Shown: positions 11,501 through 25,079, numbered from the stretch's first letter. The stretch is 64,000 nt of DNA from Macrostomum hystrix (GCA_950097015.1 CATNEN010000038.1:11842001-11906000), one strand, 5' to 3'. Numbers and translations: made by a program. Notes: generated from the sequence alone by a model not told the origin.

Positions 11501-13264
11501 GGTCCCTGTCCTTATCCCTCTCCTTATCATTATCCTTATCCCGCTCACGATCCCGATCCTTTGCCGACTTTCGCTCTCGGTCGACAGTCTTCTCTCCGCG
11601 TTCTCGGTCCTTGCCTCGGTCCCTGTCGCGATCCCGATCCTGGTCCCTGTTCCGCTCCTTTTCGCGAGACCTGGAGCCGCCGTCCGGCTTTGGTGAGTCT
11701 CTAGCGTCGGCGGGGACGGCTGGTTCCGCTGTGGGCCGACTAAAAGAACGATGAAAAAAGGACAGGAGAGAAGTGCGGGATTAATCTTTGATCACCTTAG
11801 GAGCGGAAAGCAGTGAGTAGATAACGTACATTGCTGATGGCGGTGGCTTGGGGACACGAAAATGTTCTGCATAAATAACTTTACAGTAAAAAATATGTTC
11901 TTATTTACTACTACTAGTTAAGTAGGGAGATTTGGGAATGTTACCGCGATCCGTAATCCCATCTCTTTTCACAACTCGCATTGTCCAAACCCTGACAATG
12001 GGCCGGCAGCAATGCGACGGCAGTGGCCGAAGATGGTGGCTGAGCATTTTCCTGGAGTGCGCGTGCGTAAGCAATGATGCTGTACATGTGTTCTGTTGCA
12101 CCCCGAGTCAAATTCCCCCAAAAAGTCGCTTGCTAACAATACTGCACATGTAATAAATTATTTAACGATTGTTCCAACCCGCGACTGCGGCTGCAAACTG
12201 TTCAAGGTCACAGTCAACTGAGGCTGCCCAAGACGCACAATAGCGATCGATGTCTAGAAAAGAAAAATGCAAAGAATGAACAGAATTGTTTTTTGTTAAG
12301 TTACGCCAAGTACTTCAGATTTTGCGACTGCTGTACAGCTCCGGTAGACACAGGGGCCGCTAGAAAAAAACCGGGTACTCAACTCCTAGCAGCTAGAGAA
12401 AATTCTTTTCATAGATATTGCTTAAACACTACTTTAAGTAACAGAGAGAGGGGATATTTCGGGAATCATTGGCTAGACATACTCAGAGCAATGGCCAGCG
12501 CAATCAGCGAGGCAGCCAAATTGTGACAACTGTCAAATGCCGATGAGGCCTGCGGGGTGTTGAACAGTTGATTGAGTAGTTGCTGAGTTGGCCGCTTTCA
12601 ATCCACTTTTTTCAGCTACTAAGTTTCAACTCACTTTTGGCAAAAAAAACTAATTAACTAGGCCTATTTTATTCGCAGCAAAACAGACATACCCTTCCAA
12701 TTGTATTGGTCACCGAGTTATTTTTTGTTAAAAAAATAATCTCGGATTCGTGACTATTAGTGAACCGATTTGGTAGGCCTACATTCTTTCAGCGTCAGCG
12801 ATGCAGCAACCTACGCATTTAGTGTGTGTTTGTATGCACATGGAGCCCCGGCTTTACTTTAACAAGATGACAAATATTATTACACTGTATTACAATATCA
12901 TTTCATCATTTATACAATGAACTTTGAAATATGAAGTTGGTCAAGAATTATCCTAGAATGTGACACAGCATTTAGTAAAAAATAATACAAATGATTTGAT
13001 AAAACAGAGAACTTGTACTCACATAGCTTCAGGTGAATGACCTGCTGAAGGTTGCTCATTAGCAGGGCTGGCCTTTTGCGTTGACCGAGGTGCAACCTAA
13101 ACATATAGAGGAAATTGTTGTAATGAAAATAAGAATATTTTTGGAATGTGCCTATAGTATTAAATATCAAGCAATCAATTTAGCTAGATTAAACTCACCT
13201 TTGTTAGCTTTTTATATGGAGCCTCTAGAAGCTCTTCAACATCAAAGCTTAAATCTTCCGACAT
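8519..13264 (-). CDS. RBM39: RNA-binding protein 39 / Caper splicing factor
   Basis: Exons 13264-13199 (MSEDLSFDVEELLEAPYKK), 13096-13023, 11739-11051 (RD/RS region plus RRM1 RTVFVWQ..SKGIAYVEF), 10117-9765 (LGVPIQVQSAQAEKNR, RRM2 IYVGSLH) and 9160-8519 (LMARLAEGTGL, RRM3/UHM). All phases are compatible; 607 aa. Confidence 0.95.
9405..9711 (-). mobile_element. tRNA-derived SINE, family A
   Basis: A-box GGCAGAGCGG, B-box GTTCGATTCC, shared body ending GCCCGCAGCCCTCCTGCAAT, TTA-rich tail. Homologous to copies at 28.5, 41.4 and 52.9 kb. Confidence 0.85.
10210..11015. repeat. 30-bp minisatellite (gggattaagaattcaggsaccaagacctga variants) with higher-order pattern
   Basis: Fills RBM39 intron 11050-10118. 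Confidence 0.93.
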
Positions 13265-16031
13265 GATTTGTCTGGAATGTGTACCAAACATTGGACAGAA
13301 AAGTTAATAAGCAATTTAAGCAAATATTTACAAATACAAATGTCAAACAAAAATGACTTTGTGGAACATTTATTTTCTAAGTAAAGCAAAATTATAATTA
13401 TTAGATAATAACACTATTTGTATATGAAAAATATACTATGAACATATTACATACTAAGTAGTTTGTTGTGACATTTGTTGTTGTGACATATAGAGACATT
13501 TAACAGCCATGTAAAATTACAAATAAAAATAAAAGTTATAGTAAATAAGCCTATGTTTCACATTTGTGAGGTAAAAACCATTTTATTTGAGTACTTTGAT
13601 TTCCCAATTTCCAAGTGGATTAAAAATAGCATTCACAGATCACAATTTGCAATTTGGATTTAGGTCTACTTTCAAGTCCCTACCTATTCTTCTCTGAGCA
13701 TAAGGCTTTTGCTTCAGAGTAGTGTATAGTGTACACTATCAATGTATAGTGTAAAAGAATAACAATGATATATAATATGTGTGACAAGTTTGGTGCTGAC
13801 TAGAATTCTGCTGGTTGACTTGTATGATTATTTTGATAGACTTCTTTCGTGTTAAGTCAATACAATTCAAATTAAAACACGTAACTATGACAAAAGATTT
13901 TGTAAGTTGTTATTACACAATAATTAAAAAGGATGACATTAATGTCGGTTAATGAATGTATAGGTTGAAATGTAGAACACTGTTGTAACACACTGGCAAC
14001 TTTGTCAATCTATTGGCTTGAGGGTTCAACAAAACATTCAAACCCAAAAAGCCTTGTTTCAAAGAACAGAACCGAGTGGATAAAATTGAAATTAACTGCA
14101 CAGCATATTTATAGAAAGAGTTTTAGACCTATTCATACAAGCTGCCATGTGGATAAGCAGAAAATTATTGGCATGGCTCCGTGTGGATAAAATTGAAATT
14201 ATCGGCATGGGACCATGGGAATAAGCCCTGCCTTTTTTGCTTGCTAGGCATAATATTATTGACTAGGGCCTACCTATTGTAGCTAGGCCTTGACAAAATG
14301 GCTAATTGAAATTGCCTAAGTCTGGTCGCTGGTCCTGGTTATTGGGAATGTGATAAACATTGTATAGGGCCTATAGGCCTAATGATATGCCCTATAATTA
14401 GGCCTATGATACTACAAGTCATCCATGCACACCTAGACAAGTTCAGAATTAGATGGGAGAAGGACAGTTTGAACTCAGCTAGGTAGTAGCCATTACAGTC
14501 CGCAGAAAAAATCACATTCGTCATTTTAACCTTTAAGCCACAGGCTGTAACTGTAAGGCTGTTTAAAATTATATAAGAACCATAAAAAGCTCAATAACTT
14601 GGACCATATAGAACTACATCCTTGAGCTCAGGACGAATCTGCAACACTAAGGGCCCAGACGCTAGGTAAAGGTGAGATGAGCTCTGGCTTGGGGTTGACA
14701 GAAAGCAAAATGGTGAAATCTGCGGAAGAAGTAAGTCCGAAAAAGGTTGTCAATAATAACGACAAAAAAATCCGGAAATTCTCTATTTGATAATATATAA
14801 TGTACTTGTAGCTAATAAAGACGCAAGTGCTAACTTTTATAAATTTTTTAAAAAATGCTCAACCTAGCACATTGGGACCGAATAAGTTCTGTTCGAAGCA
14901 TTTTTGTAAACAAATTTTGTATAATAAGTAAAACAAAAATTCTATAAATCCTATCTTAATTAAACTTGACCAAAACGGCTTACTTTAAAAATGATGTGCA
15001 GCAAATATATTTTATCCAATTCGTACCACGCCATTTTTGACATTGCAAGGTTGAATTGTTGTGTGGATTTTGAAATAACAATGTTTCCTACAAAATAGAC
15101 ATCTCTGCACAAAAAACTATAACAGGAGTAAAATAAAAATAGACTTTATGAGTGAAATTTTATTACTCCTTATACACTGCCAAGGCATGGGAACCAAAAA
15201 TATCCCGGCGTGCCTTTCTCTTTTACATTCAGTAAATAAAATTTACCTTTGGCTTCTTGTTATAAATTATTTTAACCTATTTTCGAACTTTGTTAAGGAA
15301 AGAAAAGTCATGAATGTATTGTTTGGATTAGCATATAGTAAGGATGTATAGCACTTTCTTCACATTTTTCTGTCGCTATAACATGATTGCACAAACTTTT
15401 AGAATGCAGCTCTATATGAAGTTTGATTTCAATTATTATCATGTTTGCTTGCCCAACAAATTGAGAATTAAATGAATACGTATATTGCAAAGAAATACTG
15501 TTCATACATGCGCAAGCTCCCAAATCTTAGCCGGCCATGCAACTTAGTTTTTGCTCTATCTACGACTTAGTTTGCTCTCATTTGCGACTTAGTTCGTTTC
15601 ATTGCTCCATTTACGTCTTAGTTTGCTCTCATTTGCTCTATTTTTCTCTCCCCTTTTTCCTTTTCTTCATGCCTTCCTTTTTTGTCCCTTGGTCCCCCTT
15701 TGATTTTTTTGCGCTTGATCAATTTGTTTTTGTGACTTATCTTGCTTGGCACTCATTTTACCTGGCCAGTTTGGACAGGTTGGCTGGGTGTTGCACATGT
15801 ATGATACTGTTGGATAAGTTTCTAACAGAATTTACAATTCTAGGCTTATTCTTTATCGTTTTATGGTAACAGTTGAATATTTAACAAAAAGCTGAATAGT
15901 TTTTAAAACAATATTTTTAACAATTTCTTCTCTTCTGTGTCAATCATCAATAACAATATGTATTCACAAGGCAATTATACTTTTCAGCTTTAAATGAGAT
16001 TATTTGTTGCAACTATCACCATTTCAGCGGC

Positions 16032-19000
16032 ATGGTAACTAGTTGGCTGGCTAAAATCATGGACGAAATAACCACAGCCTATATTCTGTTTGTCTTGGCA
16101 GTTGTGCCCCTAGTTATCTGGATCTTTCAAATGTTATTTTTTGCCCTGGCTTGGTATGCTTGGTAAGAATGGCCAACAGCATTATAATTTTAATTTAATT
16201 ATTTAAATAATTTTATTTATGTGTCATTTGTAGATTTCTGTTATTTTATAAGCCTATATAGCATCTTGACTTAAGCTGCAGTGGTACATGTAGAGTTAAC
16301 TAAATGATCTGCTAGTTAGCATCTGTCAGTCTATCTTATGTGAGTAGTTAATGTCCATAAGCAACAAAGCTGTGTGATATCTGCAAAAAAGTTTGGTGAT
16401 TGTTTGGAGCACAATAACTAATATAGTAACATGAACTGTTTAAAAGAATTACAATAAGAAAAAGGAAAAGTAAGTCTGAAGATAATATGAAAAAGTTAAA
16501 ACCATCATTAAAGTGACAGAATATGGCTGATGAGCATGAAATATGACACTTTAAAGGGGTTGTAAATTAAATTCAGAGGCAAATTGTTTGCAATAAAATA
16601 AATTGGGATTTTAATGATTTGGGATTTAAATGAGTCTATCTAAACACATTCAAAGTATTTATTGCAAACTTCTCATTATAAAATTGCATTTGGAGAACAG
16701 AAAACAGTAATGAATGCACATGCTACTTGTCAGTCACTATTTTCAAATTTTTATTTTTTAAATAGTCGGCGCTACCTGTACCATCCGAAGACTGCTGGCG
16801 ATGTGATTGGTGACTTACCTGGTGTTTCAATCATCAAGCCGCTAATGGGAGTTGATCCATATTTAGAGGGCAACCTGGAGTCGCATTTCACTCTACAATA
16901 TCCTCGGCTAGAGTTGCTGCTATGCGTCCAGGATGAACATGACCCCGTGATTGAACTTGTGCACAAATTGAGGACTCGATTTCCTGAGGTCGACTGTCAG
17001 CTGTTTGTTGGTGAGTTAAAACAAATTTACTCATTTTTTTTCATTTGGCAGAGACTTATAGCCGCTGGCACAGACGCAGCCATTTATTCAAATGTTGTGT
17101 ACAGCTGTACAACCTGTCATTATGTATCAACCATGTCTCGACCATAGACAAAAGCCTTCATTGTCGTTCCTCTCAAACATGTCTTGACCATAATTAATGA
17201 CCGATTATTTGAAATCTCCCTTTACCGTAATGCAAAATAAGCGGTCATTAATGAAACTATTCAGACCGCGTTTTTGTCTATGGTCAAGATATGGTTGAGC
17301 GGTACGACAATAGAGTGAAAGGCTTTTGATTCCCGTTAGAACTGTGTAACAATACCAATAGTACATAGTTTTTGACCGTACCATATTACTTATTCAATAA
17401 TACTGTACATATCGTTTCTATGCTCGTATATCTGGGCGTGCCCTGTGTAGGACAATAACTATTTACAAAGAAATAGACTGTATCTCAATGTCAATGGTTT
17501 TTTTAATGCTAAACAAGCAGTATCTATCATAAATATTAGTAGGTTGATGTTAGAAAATGTAATGTCAGAATCCTTACTAGATAATCCATACAATCTTCCT
17601 CGCAATATTAATCCAAATGACAATATTCTAGCTGGCAGCTGCAATTGACAGCAGCACAAATTGGAGTAGAGTAGAGTATAGTAGGCCACGCCCTCTGCTC
17701 GATAACCAGCAGATAATACATTCTTTATCTCTGATTTCTCTGCCAGTGAGAAGCAGCATAAAGCTATGCTGTGGGTGCCTATTTTAGTATTAATCTTAGT
17801 ATTTTAGTATCAACCCCCACAGAGATCCAAACTGTGGCGAGGCTACAATTTTTTGGTATCTTGTTGTGCAACTTACGCCTTTGACAGTAGAACTACCAAG
17901 CTATTTTGCCCCATTTTTATTCCATGGGGGGACAATGATTTGTTCGGCACCAGTACCAGACCGCCGAAGTCCGAGACGATGCAGGCACATTCGGGTGACA
18001 TGCTGATAAAGTTTGAATGACAAATAGTTGTCAGGGGGATTTCCCCCACTTTGATAGTTCTACTTTTAAGTGTCTTGCTAAAGAACACCAATTTTTCCAC
18101 TGGATTCGGGAATCGAACCCCCAACCTTATCTGTGTACGAGTATTCGGCAGCTAGCAAAGTTAGCAGAATCGCCTCTCCCTGGCTGCAGGTTCTACGTCG
18201 CCTAAATGACAATATCAATAAAATAAAATTATTAACCCTTTGCCCAATAGGCGGCAAGCCTGGCGTCACCAACCCGATGGTGCACAACATGGCGCCGGCC
18301 TACGAGAGAGCCAAGTATGACCTGGTCTGGGTATCGACCTCCCGCATTCGCGCATCAACCCCGATCCTGCTGGACCTGGTGGCCAGCGTCCAATCTGACG
18401 CCAAGGTGGCCATCTGTCACCAGCTGCCCTACATGATGAACGACGGCGTTGGCGGCATCGCTGCCACGGTGGAAAAGCTGGCATTCGGCTGCAACATGGG
18501 CCGCAACTATCTGGCGCTAAATAGGCTGGGCACACACGTCTTCACCGGCATGAGCTACCTGGTTAGAAAGTCCTACCTAGACGAGGTCGGTGGCCTGGCC
18601 CACTACGGGCGGTACCTGGCCGAGGACTATTTCTTGTCTCAGGCGCTGCACTCGCGCGGCTACGAACTGGTGCTAAGCGCCTTCCCTGCCCAGCAGATGG
18701 TGAGGATTTGTGGGATTGCTCATGCTGAGCACAGCTGGTCATTCATAGTATGTTAACATCTATATATACAGCTTTCCTTTTTAGTATAATTAATGATTTT
18801 CAAAGCGTAGGTTATCCGTTTCACAAATCCTAGGCAACTAGCTTTACAAATCCTGGGTAACTAGCTTTACAAATCCTGGGTAACTAGCTTCACAAATCCT
18901 GGGTAATTAGCTTCACAAATCCAGGGTAATTAGCTTTACGAATCCTAGATAACTAGCTTTACAAATGCAAGGTAATTAGCTTCACAAATCCAAGGTAATT

Positions 19001-22000
19001 AGCTTCACAAATCCTAGATAACTAGCTTTACAAATCCTAGATAACTAGCTTTACGAATCCTAGGTAATTAGCTTTATAAATCCTAGATAACTAGCTTTAC
19101 GAATCCTAGGTAATTAGCTTTACAAATCCTAGATAACTAGCTTTACGAATCCTAGGTAATTAGCTTTATAAATCCTAGATAACTAGCTTTACGAATCCTA
19201 GGTAATTAGCTTCACAAATCCTAGGTAATTAGCTTCACAAATCCTAGGTAATTAGCTTTACAAATCCTAGATAACTAGCTTTACTAATCCTTGGTAATTA
19301 GCTTTACAAATCCTAGATAACTATCTTTACGAATCCTAGGTAACTAGCTTCACAAATCCTAGATAACTAGCTTTACAAATCCTAGATAACTAGCTTTAAT
19401 AATCCTTAGTAATTAGCTTTACAAATCCTTAGTAATTAGCTTTACAAATCCTAGATAACTATCTTTACGAATCCTAGCTAACTAGCTTCACAAATCCTAG
19501 GCAATTAGCTTCACAAATCCTAGGTAATTAGCTTTACAAATCCTAGATAACTATCTTTACGAATCCTAGGTAACTAGCTTCACAAATCCTAGATAACTAG
19601 CTTTACAAATCCTAGATAACTAGTGTTGTACCTGTGGTAGCGTGGCACACACAATTGGCAAATAACCAAGACAGGACACTGGATTCCGAGAGGAGATTTT
19701 ACCGGCCTCAACACTGAATGCTTCGTAGCAGTGGAGCAATCCGGTAGTCAGGCTAGATTACCTTGTTTCCTCGGAGTCTATTTGAATCAATCTATGATTC
19801 CCGAGACTTAGCACTCTGCTCTGAAATTCGACGGTGTACCTTGCTTCTAAATGCAATACACGATCCAACTTCTCAATAAGTTAGCAGATGTTTGAGATCC
19901 CGAAGGCTCAAAAAGCATGAAGAAAAGAAGACAGAAACGTGCTCTCAATATAAAGAAATAGTGCTACCATGATAACAACACCATCTCAAGGATTCGTCGG
20001 ACTGTGCTCTACTTATAGTAGGAGCATTTGAGCGTTGTTCTGCCAGTCTTCTTCCGAACTTAAGCGATTGCACCACGGTGTGCAATGTGACTCAGTGCGC
20101 AGACAGAGCTGGAAAGAGAGAGAGAGAGAGCGGAGGGGGTGGCGAGCGGAGGTGACAGTGCACGGGAAACACTAACTACCAACCCTAGCCCTCCCACAGA
20201 CCTAGAACAGCCTGACTCACAGATTGCCTGGAGGCTGCTCAGCAGTCTACAGCACATCACTAGCTTTACTAATCCTTGGTAATTAGCTTTACAAATCCTA
20301 GATAACTATCTTTACGAATCCTAGGTAACTAGCTTCACAAATCCTAGATAACTAGCTTTACAAATCCTAGATAACTAGCTTTACTAATCCTTGGTAATTA
20401 GCTTTACAAATCCTAGATAACTATCTTTACAAATCCTAGCTAACTAGCTTCACAAATCCTAGATAACTAGCTTTACTAATCCTTGGTAACTAGCTTCACA
20501 AATCCTAGATAACTAGCTTTACAAATCCTAGATAACTAGCTTTACTAATCCTTGGTAATTAGCTTTACAAATCCTAGATAACTATCTTTACGAATCCTAG
20601 GTAACTAGCTTCACAAATCCTAGATAACTAGCTTTACAAATCCTAGATAACTAGCTTTACTAATCCTTGGTAATTAGCTTTACAAATCCTAGATAACTAT
20701 CTTTACGAATCCTAGCTAACTAGCTTCACAAATCCTAGGCAATTAGCTTCACAAATCCTAGGTAATTAGCTTTACAAATCCTAGATAACTATCTTTACGA
20801 ATCCTAGGTAACTAGCTTCACAAATCCTAGATAACTAGCTTTACAAATCCTAGATAACTAGTGTTGTACCTGTGGTAGCGTGGCACACACAATTGGCAAA
20901 TAACCAAGACAGGACACTGGATTCCGAGAGGAGATTTTACCGGCCTCAACACTGAATGCTTCGTAGCAGTGGAGCAATCCGGTAGTCAGGCTAGATTACC
21001 TTGTTTCCTCGGAGTCTATTTGAATCAATCTATGATTCCCGAGACTTAGCACTCTGCTCTGAAATTCGACGGTGTACCTTGCTTCTAAATGCAATACACG
21101 ATCCAACTTCTCAATAAGTTAGCAGATGTTTGAGATCCCGAAGGCTCAAAAAGCATGAAGAAAAGAAGACAGAAACGTGCTCTCAATATAAAGAAATAGT
21201 GCTACCATGATAACAACACCATCTCAAGGATTCGTCGGACTGTGCTCTACTTATAGTAGGAGCATTTGAGCGTTGTTCTGCCAGTCTTCTTCCGAACTTA
21301 AGCGATTGCACCACGGTGTGCAATGTGACTCAGTGCGCAGACAGAGCTGGAAAGAGAGAGAGAGAGAGCGGAGGGGGTGGCGAGCGGAGGTGACAGTGCA
21401 CGGGAAACACTAACTACCAACCCTAGCCCTCCCACAGACCTAGAACAGCCTGACTCACAGATTGCCTGGAGGCTGCTCAGCAGTCTACAGCACATCACTA
21501 GCTTTACTAATCCTTGGTAATTAGCTTTACAAATCCTAGATAACTATCTTTACGAATCCTAGGTAACTAGCTTCACAAATCCTAGATAACTAGCTTTACA
21601 AATCCTAGATAACTAGCTTTACTAATCCTTGGTAATTAGCTTTACAAATCCTAGATAACTATCTTTACAAATCCTAGCTAACTAGCTTCACAAATCCTAG
21701 ATAACTAGCTTTACTAATCCTTGGTAACTAGCTTCACAAATCCTAGATAACTAGCTTTACAAATCCTAGATAACTAGCTTTACTAATCCTTGGTAATTAG
21801 CTTTACAAATCCTAGATAACTATCTTTACGAATCCTAGGTAACTAGCTTCACAAATCCTAGATAACTAGCTTTACAAATCCTAGATAACTAGCTTTACTA
21901 ATCCTTGGTAATTAGCTTTACAAATCCTAGATAACTATCTTTACGAATCCTAGCTAACTAGCTTCACAAATCCTAGATAACTAGCTTTACTAATCCTTGG

Positions 22001-23619
22001 TAATTAGCTTTACAAATCCTAGATAACTATCTTTTCGAATCCTAGGTAACTAGCTTCACAAATCCTAGATAACTAGCTTTACAAATCCTAGATAACTAGC
22101 TTTACTAATCCTTGGTAATTAGCTTTACAAATCCTAGATAACTATCTTTTCGAATCCTAGCTAACTAGCTTCACAAATCCTAGATAACTAGCTTTACGAA
22201 TCCTAGGTATTAAGCTTAAATTCACGAATTCTCGTTTTAACCACTAGCCGAGGCATTAAAAATGAATAAATAAATTTCATTTTAATTACTTCAGCTAAAT
22301 AAGGCATAAATAATGCGACAGACATTCGGAACACAGAACTAATTAGAGTTCCAGCAATTAGGAGCTGGACAAATGTCAACTTGTTAACCTTTGCACAAAT
22401 TAGCTTCCTTCGTAGCAACTAAAAGAAGATTCCACAAGATTCTCTGCTTAGAATCAGAGACCAAATTATTTGTGTGGTTTGCTGCGACTTGACTGCGGCA
22501 GTCATTTGTCTTATCTGTTTCACTAGCAGCTCTACAGAAAATTGTATCGATGCTTTTCTTAGAGTTAGATGACTAGATGGTTGTTAACAAGATTTTTCCT
22601 ATCATGCTAGTACACTTTTCCTGAGAAAACCTCCTTTAATAAATTTTCCAAGAAAGGAATTGTCCTTCTTCTTCTTGTGGTCCTTGATTCTGAATTCTAA
22701 AAAATGCGAAAACATCTATAGCGCTGCCAGCGGCTCTGTCGTCTTGTTGCGACTAACAACTAGATAAAGCTTCTATATCGAGTCGGCAATGGTTTAGGCT
22801 TTTTTTCTACTCTAAGTAGTGACGTAGGGTCTGAAGATTTTTTAGTTTTATTCGTGACTTCTAGAATATATTAGCTGTAAAACGCCTGAAGTTTTTTGGC
22901 GTATTCTGGCTAGGGCGTGGTCCAATCAAATTTACATATTTTATATGAGCTCTAAACGGAGGTTGTAGCCTTGTGGTTAGGGCAGCGGACTCAGGACTTG
23001 AAGGTCGGGGTTCGATTCCCGCTTGCATTCCACTGGCATAATTCGTGTCCTTTAGCAGAGATGCAACTCTTACGCAAAAAATGTTAAAATTTTATCGGAC
23101 CACGCAAAAATTTTAAAATTTGATTGGACCACGCAAAAATGTTGAAATTTGATTGGACCACGCAAAAAAGATATTTGCTTGAACCACGCCCAGGTTGCCG
23201 CGTCGTCAATCGCCGGCTACAAAGACCGCATGGTCCGGTGGTGGCGCCTCCGCCTGAACATGATGCCTCTTGTGACCCTGCTACTGGAGCCCCTGACAGA
23301 GTGCGTGCCGCTCGGCGCCTACTTCAGCTGGGCCGTCTATTACCTGTTCGACGTGAATCCCTACCTGGTGTTCGCCGTGAACACCCTGCTATGGATCTCA
23401 TTAGATTATCATCAGCTGCGCCTAATTCAAAACTCGACACTGCCATTCAAATTTCCCAACTTCTTAGCCGCTTGGTGCCTGCGCGAATTGTTGAACGCGT
23501 TCGTGTTCGTTGAAGGCCTGCTAAACCCTAGGCGAGTTCGCTGGGGCAAGAACACCTACCGTGTGACCCTAGGCGGGGTCACCACTCTAGTCACATCTCC
23601 CCCTGTGCTACCACTCTGA
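16032..23619 (+). CDS. UGCG: Ceramide glucosyltransferase-like (GT21), divergent active site
   Basis: Exons 16032-16162 (N-terminal TM), 16766-17010 (PGVSIIKPLMGVDP..LCVQDEHDP), 18251-18699 (AKYDLVW, TGMSYL, YLAEDYF) and 23194-23619 (RMVRWWRLR, EPLTEC). Phases are compatible; 416 aa. Confidence 0.92.
17149..17329. mobile_element. Palindromic MITE-like element
   Basis: ~45-bp imperfect inverted repeats (caaaagcct...cttgaccata / tatggtcaag...aggcttttg) plus an inner pair attaatgaccg/cggtcattaat. Confidence 0.6.
19624..20259. mobile_element. Solo LTR, copy 1 (636 bp)
   Basis: TGTTG...CATCA termini; 4-bp TSD CTAG generated within a satellite unit. Confidence 0.85.
20862..21497. mobile_element. 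Solo LTR, copy 2 (apparently identical)
   Basis: Same sequence, same CTAG TSD and same flanking satellite variants, offset by 1238 bp. Confidence 0.85.
22958..23070 (+). mobile_element. tRNA-derived SINE family B head (truncated)
   Basis: GGTTGTAGCCTTGTGGTTAGGGC..GGTTCGATTCCC..GTGTCCTTTAGCA; matches the 58.85-59.14 kb copy. Confidence 0.7.
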
Positions 23620-24194
23620 CTGCAGACCAGATTCTCATTCTAGCTTTGGCTGTCCTCAGAAACAATTCGACGCTTTTTGAATCAGTTTTTTCCGCTATGT
23701 AACTTTTTATTGTTTTCTTGCTTAGAAAGTAGAAAAGAAACAAATAATTTCTGGCTTTGCATCTTAAATAAGCAACGTGAGGTCTTCCAGCAGCAGCAGC
23801 AGGAGCAGCATTAATTTCTGGCTTAATTTCTGTCTGGCTTTGTAGAATATTTTAGCTCGATGCCTAATTAGTTACCCTTTGCTTTTGATTCTAATCTTAT
23901 AGCGACCTTTTGTCCATTTTATTAAGTGACATGTGACGACAACTTTTTTATACAATTGATTGTATTTCTACTCCTGTTTATTGTGCGGATAATTAGTTGT
24001 CAAAGTTATCTTCATATAATACTACTGGCCCTCGTTCGACCAGATTGTCAACTATTTTATTTAAATCTGGTTTTCTTTGTCTAGTAGTATTACCTTGAAT
24101 TATCATGCAATTTATTTTTAATTACTGGAACATTTTTGTAACTTTTTTCTATTTCATGTTATCCGTTTTTGCTAGAAGGCGGCGAGAGGCTTTC

Positions 24195-24635
24195 AGGGAC
24201 CCCATAGAATCACCATAGGTATCTGCATGATCCCATAGAATCACCATAGGTATCTGCATGATCCCATAGAATCACCATAGGTATCTGCATGATCCCATAG
24301 AATCAGAATGTGTATCTGTATGACCCCATAGAATCAGAATGTGTATCTGTATGACCCCATAGAATCAGAATGGCTCTGTATGACCCCATAGAATCAGAAT
24401 GGCTATCTGTATGACCCCATAGAATCAGAATGGCTCTGTATGACCCCATAGAATCAGAATGGCTATCTGTATGACCCCATAGAATCAGAATGGCTATCTG
24501 TATGACCCCATAGAATCAGAATGGCTATCTGTATGACCCCATAGAATCAGAATGGCTATCTGTATGACCCCATAGAATCAGAATGGCTATCTGTATGACC
24601 CCATAGAATCAGAATGGCTATCTGTATATGACCGC
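24195..24635. repeat. ~31-bp minisatellite (atgaccccatagaatcagaatggctatctgt)
   Basis: About 14 copies downstream of the UGCG stop codon. Confidence 0.93.
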
Positions 24636-25079
24636 CTTAGAACTGTATACTCTGTGTTGTCTCAAAGCACTCATATTAATATATTTTAGCCAGACCTATT
24701 AACTCTTCATTCCAATTAATAATCGTAACATTTATATTATATTACTTTTTTACAGCAATCGCTTGTTCAATATTGAGCTACAGAAATCCAGACTGCACAT
24801 GTCGAACTAGTTCGTACATAAATTGCTTATGCTAGCAAATTTTCGTTTGATCATAAACTGGCGCTAAAATGAAATTAAAATTATTCTTTATTTAGTCAAA
24901 CGAAAGCGTGTTTTTTCTATCGTCAATTGAAACGTAAGTGGGACCAACCTTTTATTGATTTGGGTTATTTTATATTTGTCGCTTTTTCAAGTCAAACTAG
25001 TATGTTTTTTAACTTTTTTATGTTTTCAGTGAATATTTTGAGTATTTCTCCTAAAAACTATGACTTTGTACCTAATCAT

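Larger units (their letters stand above)
18825..22210. repeat. 23-bp minisatellite (aatcctagataactagctttaca variants)
   Basis: Occupies most of UGCG intron 3 and is interrupted by two solo LTR copies. Confidence 0.97.

Noticed and set aside
11007-11696. Plus-strand ORF (VPIPIA repeats) and other antisense ORFs over GC-rich exons, e.g. 27234-27971 and 28864-29502
   Set aside because: These are antisense shadows of the RBM39 and GLYCTK coding exons.
19624-21497. Full LTR retrotransposon or TRIM with two LTRs
   Set aside because: The sequence between the copies is host satellite without a PBS or PPT, and each LTR has its own CTAG TSD.
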